Assembly: GCF_009914755.1 (NCBI RefSeq)
Contig: NC_060929.1
DNA: 64,000 nt
Reading direction: 5' to 3' (one strand)
Source: the human T2T-CHM13v2.0 reference genome, Homo sapiens
This document shows, piece by piece, positions 56,101 to 64,000 of the stretch. The position numbers and the translations under genes were made by a program. How positions within the stretch are numbered: position 1 is the stretch's first letter; each line of letters opens with the position of its first letter. The notes below the pieces were generated by a model. It did not search any database. It was not told the DNA's origin and saw nothing but the letters and a program-made list of their open reading frames with translations.

Positions 56101-57058
56101 AATGACACAAGCTCTTGGGGGTAGAAAAACTGCTAATTTATAAACCAGCCTTTCCCACATTACATGTGAAAACTTACAATCTATTTTAAGTAAATGGTTG
56201 AAAATGAAGTCCTTTCTAGATCTTCGCTTTTTATTTTGTTTTCATTGCATGTTTTGTTGTAATATTGTGTAACTTCAATCAAAATGTGTTTGAATTCCTT
56301 AGACGAGGCTTGTTATATGCCAAATCAGCTGACGGCTCGTCTCACCATTTCTGTGAGTGCCTCACATAGCATGTGTCTCACATTCTCTAATTTCACACGT
56401 TCAAAAACCTTTTTGTTGTTGTTGTTGAAACAGTTCATTCCAAAACTCTATGCAATTTTGTCTTGTCTTAGCATTTTCTCTCACAGTAAGCAAGTCCCTT
56501 GTGTCATGTATCTGGTTACCTGAAGACATTTATGGACTGTAATTATGTTCCCTGCTGAGTCTCCTTTTTTTTCTAGGCCATAAAGATTTAGTCACAATCT
56601 CCTCTTATGCTTTATACTCCTGGCCCTTGTTACATGTTTTCAGTCCTCTTTGTATTTTTATAATGGTTCCCTCTTTCCTCCCTAAATCGGGGCTGAAAAG
56701 AGTGAAGAGAAGGTTGTGTGTAATTGAGAGACTGTGCCGCTTTAGTTCTTAGAAGGAGTATTTCCCAGGGAGCTGAGACACAGCAGGAAATACAGCAGTA
56801 ATTGAGGGGATAGAGCCCTGTCCTCTTGCAGCCCAGTCCCTGAGTGCTATTCATGCTGATTGCCCGTATTCCCAGAAAGCATATAGTGGATTTCTTGTAC
56901 ATAAAGATATTTATTTTAAGGGACTACTTCTTTAAGATTCTTTTGGATCTCAAAATCTCTTTCAGCCTATTTTGAATAATGAAGTAAGCAAACACAAGTG
57001 TCAATATTTGCAGATAGTTTACTTGTGCATATATAAAATCCGGTACAAAATGTCACAT

Positions 57059-57094
57059 ATATTAGTCAGGGATCAACCTGAGAAACAGCCAATA

Positions 57095-57134
<40 letters not shown>

Positions 57135-57300
57135 GCACGTGCATATATATGCATATAAGAAGGAACTGCTGATACTGCTTATGTAGTTACAGGCGCTGGC
57201 AAGTCTGAAATCCATAAGGCAGGACATCAGAAAGGGCAGAATGAAACTCTCAGGCACGAACTGAAGCTGCACTCCACAGACAAAATTTCTCATTCTTCAG
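57059..57300 (-). mobile_element. MLT2 (ERVL) LTR fragment containing (CA)n at 57097-57130
   Basis: tattagtcagggatcaacctgagaaacagccaatagga...ggcaagtctgaaatcc. Confidence 0.75.
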
Positions 57301-58409
57301 AGACTTCAAGAGATTTGTCACCCTTAGAGGGACAGCAGATGTGGTCTTGAATCTGGGGGAAGCAGAAAGCTTGACTGAGACCTTCATCTAGAGATGGCTC
57401 CTAGAAAAGCTGCCCCTTCAGTGAAAAAAAAAAATTTCTCAAGCTGGTGAAAAAAAGGAACAAGAAGGCAGCAGCAAAAAAAGATGGGGAAAAAAAAAAC
57501 TCCCATGAGAAATCATAACTCCAACTTTTTATTATACGTAGACACAGAATTCAAACATACATTCCTTGCAAGGTATGAGAAATTAAAATAGAAACCTTTG
57601 TGTAAAATCTGGTCCTACACTCATGAAATGTGTGACACAAGGGAAGCAAAGGCAAACCCCTAGTGTAAGGACACTTTTATAACACAAGGCACGTAGGGAT
57701 CCCCTGGGGAGTGGAAGTACTACTGCGGAGGCAACAGTGAAGATGAGCTCACAAGGGGGATGGGAGGGCAGGTGATGTATGTATGCACTCACAGACCATG
57801 TGAGGAAATGCAAACCATGAGGAAGATGCAAAAACATTCTAAAGACTTGATAAACAATCTAACACTGTAAAATAAGTTAAAACTGATTCAAGACATAAAA
57901 GTAGGAATAGATGCCATAATAAAATATCTGGAATCTTATGAAAGGGAGGCTGTCACATTTGTAAAAGAACTTCTGAAAACAAAAAAGAGACATTACAATT
58001 TTAGAAATTAGTAGATTATTTTTAAAATGTTAAGAGATCACAGATTGTAGTAACTATAGTATCATGGTAACATTTTTTTAAATTTTAAATTTGTTTCTGT
58101 GATCTTTAATGTTCCAGTGATTTTCCTTTGTTGAATGTGGTAGTCACTATCACTTGCTCTCATTTAATGTTAAAAATATTAAGCTTTTAAATCTGCTTAG
58201 CCCACAAACCTTTAAATATTTAAATGCTGCTAATTTAAATATTTAAATAATGCTGCTAATGACCAAATGTAGACATTTGAAATTGCATGTAGACATTTGC
58301 ATTCTTAGATATGCAAATATTGGTTTCAGCCAAATTTTTCAAACTTCAAAAGAATTTACGATTCAAATATGTCTATTTTCTTCAGTGCTTTTGAGGTTTT
58401 ATAAACAAC

Positions 58410-58411
<2 letters not shown>

Positions 58412-58467
<56 letters not shown>
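58412..58467. repeat. (TA)n(CA)n microsatellite
   Basis: Directly visible, about 22 TA units. Confidence 0.95.
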
Positions 58468-58468
<1 letters not shown>

Positions 58469-60095
58469 TGACTGTGGTTACAAACCATAGTGGTACTACT
58501 CTGTACCAAGTACAAAAGTTTTAGTATTTTTAGTTTGATTTATTTTGTCAGTGTTTTAAGTTGTATTTTGTGCTTTCCTGGGATTGTATTTTGTGCTTTT
58601 CTGGGATTATAGTAATCTTTTTCATCCTACCAAAGGGAATAAAAATAATTTCACATCAGAAAGGCTGCAGATTATGTGTCATTCAGATTTTTCGGCACTG
58701 TAACCCCAAGCCAGGACTTGTCACATTAGGTTTCCTCTTCAAGCATGGGGTCACTTGCTCCATCAATGGGATTTTCACAATTATATTTTCTAATAGGGCA
58801 CTCCTTCCTTTGGCCAATATTCATGGTCACGTGATGTTTGGCCTTGGTTTACGATATATTTCATAATGTTTTATTAAAATCATACAGAATTTTATCACCT
58901 AGGTGATGAGATGTTGAATCTCTACAGCATCTCCTCTGAGATATTTAACTAATCTATTATCTTTCTCTTTGAGCCTCTCTTTCTATAAGGACATTGCATG
59001 GGAATAGGTCCTTCTTCCTTCAGCAAATTGTTTTCTGTACCCACGCTTTCCTCTTACACATGTAGAAAAAAATGCTTATCTTCGTTATAAAAAAAGTTGT
59101 TATTATAAAAAAAATTAACAGCTATGAGGATAATACTCTCTGGTAATAAAACATAATAAAAATGTGCTAAACATATCCTATTCATTCTTTATTTTTATTA
59201 TATGTCCCTTTCTGTAAACTTATCTTTTTGTACACTATTTTTGACTTTTTTTTTTTTTTTTAAAGACTCTACTTTTTATCTACTTGACCTCTTTTACTTA
59301 GCTGTAGTGACTTGATTTTTTTCTGTTACTTTGTCACAATCTGGCCAAATGTTGCATGCTCTAAACAGGCTTTCTTTCGCCACTGCTTCAGACACTTGGG
59401 AAATTTTCACCTTTTCCGGCAGTAAAAACAGATTCTGGGCCCATATTGCATTGTTTCCTGTTCTGAGACCAGGGCTCTCGTATTCTGCAAGAAAATTTAT
59501 TTCTATCTAATAGAGAACAGTATTTAGAAAACAAAAAAGTTAACGATACCCATCTGATGTTCCTCCTGAAAACAGTGGGTGGGAAGATGATGTAGCTATA
59601 GGCTGCTTTAGTGACTGAGCTGGAAAATATATTTATTTTAGGTCATGAGTTCACACTGATATTTCCTATTTTAAAATTTAGTATTCTTAATTTATTTTAT
59701 GTTCTTTTACAATATAAAGTTTTAAATTTAATTTCTCTAAAATATGCTTCTCAAATTTTTACCTTTTTATCAACATTTATTTTGTAGCTGTGCCTTTTCC
59801 TTAGCCATTTGTCACATTGACCTTCTCTTTTTCATTCTATAGTCACTTTATTGCCAAAGAGAATACTAGATACAGGTTTGGAATAGAAACTTAAATATGT
59901 GACCCAGAATGAAGCACAGGAACACAAAAAAATTAAACATATAAGAGACATGAAGGTGAGTTCACCGAGAATATCCAGTGAGAACTCCAGAGGAAAAAAG
60001 TAGAGGATGTGGGTGAGAAGCATAAATTCAAGAGACAAAGGCTGAGTATTTTCAAAATAGATGAATGGCATCATGCTTAGATTGGCAGAATACAC

Positions 60096-60747
60096 AGTGG
60101 TAAGCAGAATTTTGAACTGGACCCCAAGACTCCCAGTCCCTGATGTACACCTGCCATATAATCTCCTGCGAGGGTGGGACCTCGGGCTAGGAAATGACTT
60201 CGCTCCCACGATTAGATTCTGTTTTATGGCAAAGGTGGAGGCCTTTGAAGATGTATTTAAGGTCCCATATAAGTTGCCTTTGAGTTAGTCAAGAGGGAGT
60301 TTATTCCAGTTAAAACAGGCTTAATCAGGTGAAAGCCCATAAAAGAGGGACTGGGCCCTTTCTTAAGAAAGGTATTCTTCTACTGGCCCTACAGAAGCAA
60401 ATGGCCATGTTTGGCAGGAAACTGTGAGCAGCTTCTGGGAACTGTGGGTGGCCCCTAGCCCATGGCCAGCAAGAAAATGGGAACTCAGCCACATAGCTGC
60501 ATGGAGAGGAATTCTGTCAACAAACTGAGGAAGCTTGGGAGTGGACTTTACCAAGCCTTTGATGAGACCTCAGCTTCAGTCGCATGTAGGTTACAGCCTG
60601 ATAAGACCTTGAAGCAGGGAATCCAGCTAAGCCGGGCTTAGCTTAGTTTCCTCCATGAACTGCAGAAACTATGAGAAAATAAAAATGTGTTGTTTTAAGC
60701 TATTAAGTTTGTGGCAATGTGTTATGCAGCAATGGCAAACCAATACA
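60096..60747 (+). mobile_element. MLT1 (E/F-like) LTR
   Basis: gtggtaagcagaatttt...tgttgttttaagctattaagtttgtggcaatgtgttatgcagcaatggcaaaccaataca. Confidence 0.8.
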
Positions 60748-61093
60748 TACACATTGATAATGTCAATGCCAATGGTATGGGCACCCTGGGACATTCCCTT
60801 TAAAGTAAAGGATAGCTTGTTATATCATCTGCCTCTTGGGCCACTGGATATTGGAGTCATCATATAGTGTACTTGAGATGACAGCTTTGACCCATTTTTG
60901 AGTGACTTTCCAGGATACCAGATTTGAGTAATGTCCAGAACAAGAGGCCTCTGCAGCTGAGGCAGTCTGTTGCTCTGCTGCTCAGTCTCTATCACCCAGC
61001 AGATTTGAAGGCATTAAATGTATCCACTATGGATAAGGATGCTATAAAGGCATTTTTGACAGATTCCCATAGGAAAATTGCAGGGCTGACTCA

Positions 61094-61467
<374 letters not shown>

Positions 61468-62438
61468 CCCCACCACACTTCCTGGCAGGCTTAACCCTAG
61501 TGACTGAAGGTCTCACTAAGGTTCACTCACTGTCTATGCAATTAGAACTACCCATCATGAACCATGTGTTATCAGTTGCACCAAGTCATGAGATGAGGCA
61601 AGGCAACAGTAATGCATTATATGATTAAAAATGCCATATTTAGGATCAGGCCTGGATAGAATCAGAAGACACTAATATATTTCATAAATAGGCAGGCCAG
61701 ACCTTTGTGTTCCCTACTACCATGACATCAGTCCCTCTTTGTAAGCTCACAGTATGGCTTCATAAGGGGTTCTCTATGAGCAACTCATGGATGGCAAAAC
61801 CTCGTTCACATATGGGTCAATGCAATAGAGATACTGCTCCAATAGAGGTACAGGTTTATTACAGCTACCTGTAATGAACCACTGCTGCATTACAGCCCCA
61901 CTCAGAGCTAGCACTATGGAATAGTGTAATGGAAAATCCTTGTATTAGAAAAAGCTCTGAACAATACACTTGGCTGTTTACTTTGTTGGGAGAGAGAAGT
62001 GCCTGGAGATAGGTACATCTACTAAAATCCTGGGCAGTGGCAAAAGTTCGTCTAGTAGGTTAGGGGCTTGGAACAAGAATGAAAGAGTAAAAATTCTGAA
62101 TATGTGGCATGACAATAGGCTAATTGGCATAGCGCAAATTATGTGAATCTTTATGTTTAACCTTAAAGGATGCTCTCAGAGACTAAGTGGATAGGATGAC
62201 TCATTCTATGAATGTCATCCAGCTTCACTCTTCAGCCACTCCTGTACCACAGTTGTTCATAGACAGAGTGTCCATGATGTAAGGGATGGAGGCTATTCTT
62301 GGACCCAAAAATATGGGCCTCACCAAGGTTGATGTAGCTACTGCCACTGCTGAATGTCCCTCTGGTCAACAATAGTAAGATATGCTAAGTCCTTGATCTG
62401 GCAACATGCCTGTGGTAGACCAGACAGCTACCAGGACT

Positions 62439-62637
62439 TGGATTGCCAGATACAGCAAATAAAACTATAAGATGCTCAGTTAAATTCGAGTTTCAGATAA
62501 ACAATGAATGTCTTTAGTATAGGGGTGTCCCATGTAATATTTGAACATACTTTTACAAAAAAATTAAAAACCTCTTCATCATTTATCTGAAATTTAAATT
62601 TAAATTGTATGTCTTATATTTTATCTGATAATCCCAA
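62439..62637. mobile_element. MER53 palindromic MITE
   Basis: ggattgccagat...agttaaattcgagtttcagataaa and tttatctgaaatttaaatttaa...atctgataatccc form inverted arms. Confidence 0.85.
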
Positions 62638-63289
62638 CCTGGAGACCAGTCAATTCTCCACAGGGTGGTGGGGAGAGGGGACACAGATTGCCTTTACTAT
62701 AATCAATACCTATCATGAATATGAGATTTCGATTTTCCCATTCAGAGTGTTTACAGAATACCTGATTTATCAACAAATATTTCACACAATATTGTCTTGG
62801 ATCAATGAGCTCATTTTATAGCAACAGAGGTCTAAGAATAACTATGAGACACACTGGTGTTACTTGTACTTCATGTCCCATCAACAGCCAGGCTAACAGA
62901 ATGACTTATTAAAGTCTTCTCTAAGGGACTAGTTGAGGAATAACAGTCTTGAGGGTGAGGCCTTGTCTTGATGGAATTTGTGTATTCATTGAACCTGCCA
63001 TCTTAGTAGTTGCAGGAAAAATTATTTGATAAAATGCAATCGCTAGTCATTTTTTTAAAGTCTTGACTAACAAAAACAAAACAGAGCTTCTTTAAGCTGA
63101 GGTTAAAGAATGTCTAGTTAACATCATTTGGATGAAAAAGTAGCAGCATTCCCTTTTCATTCAAAAACACTCTAAGAATGCCTGCTATTCCAACTCCTAC
63201 TCAACATTGTCTTAGAGGTCCACTCCAGCACAAGAAAGGTTAAATAAGATAAAAGACTGAATGTCAGAAACCAGAGAGAGAGAGAGAGA

Positions 63290-63640
63290 GAACTCATGAG
63301 AGAGAGAGGGCAGTTTAGCAGAGTGATGAGTAAGAAAGGGGAAGTTTCAGTGAGCTGAAAATGAATGAGTATGGAGAGTGAGAGCAGAAAGCCAAGAGTG
63401 TAGACAGTGTTTCAATATACCTGGCTTTGAAGAAGAGGAAAAAGATAAGGTGATGCCTTGAGATGGACATGAAGTTTAGGGAGATTTTAACATGAAGGTA
63501 GGAAAGACTAAAATATGTTCAAATGTGAAGAAGAAACCAGTAGAAGAGGGGAAGTTAAAGACAAAGAACAGAGGGTCTAATTTTAATGCTTAAATCACTG
63601 AAAAGGAGGGAGGAAAAGGAGCCCTGGAGGAGAAACATAT
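63290..63640 (-). mobile_element. L2 fragment preceded by (GA)n
   Basis: Purine-rich degenerate L2 sequence, e.g. gagtgtagacagtgtttcaa...tggctttgaagaagagg. Confidence 0.5.
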
Positions 63641-64000
63641 TTTTCTTATTTTTAAGAGTCATAAAAATCTCTTCTATTTCAGTATACAATAATATTTTGC
63701 TTACTTGCACTCACTAATTTATAAAACAAATTACTCCAGAATTTGGGATTATTCAAGTGGGGGCAGAGCTACAGTTGATCTTTGTGATATGCATTTTATT
63801 ATGTTTTAATTGGCTTTACCAATGAAATTAATAGGTAAAGAGAATTTGAGAAGAATGTTTATCCCATGGAAAAAATCTTAAAAAAAATCAAGCATTATAT
63901 TTGCATATCAATAATGTGCAAATTACAAATTATTCTTTTGGACTACAGACATTAAATGGAATCTTTGGTTAATAATAAGTGTTACCCTGGGGCTATAACA

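Noticed and set aside
58210-58610. Short tandem duplications (tttaaatatttaaat...gctgctaat twice; ttgtattttgtgcttt.ctggga twice)
   Set aside because: Ordinary slippage duplications in AT-rich degenerate sequence with no further structure.
62439-62637. miR-1302-family hairpin from MER53
   Set aside because: The corresponding segment (tttgaacatacttttacaaaa) is diverged from the recalled mature miRNA, including the seed region.

Overview
Human genomic DNA: a near-consensus AluYb8 at 53042-53347 is a human-specific subfamily. The window is AT-rich, repeat-dense and intergenic or deep intronic, with no convincing intact protein-coding gene; the listed ORFs are repeat-derived or spurious. The largest element is a 5.8-kb HERV-H provirus on the minus strand (6978-12788) with two LTR7B-like LTRs, an exact GTTGA target-site duplication (TSD), a tRNA-His PBS, a PPT and an intact leader splice donor. 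The most unusual object is a 1.15-kb GC-rich insert (54091-55246, minus) splitting an old L1. It reads as RNF126 exon 1, its GT donor and about 1 kb of intron-like sequence, i.e. a retrocopy of an UNSPLICED pre-mRNA. It keeps a Kozak ATG and a 51-codon ORF too short for the supplied ORF track. Other non-canonical retrotransposition products are a 30-nt tailless U6 snRNA copy with a 19-bp TSD and a tailless Alu nested in another Alu's linker. There are also two abutting long hairpins (37247-37483) and a candidate spliced exon downstream of the HERV-H donor. I found no multi-gene novel system. Repeat subfamily names and the RNF126 assignment come from recalled consensus sequences, not database searches, and boundaries of old repeats are approximate.
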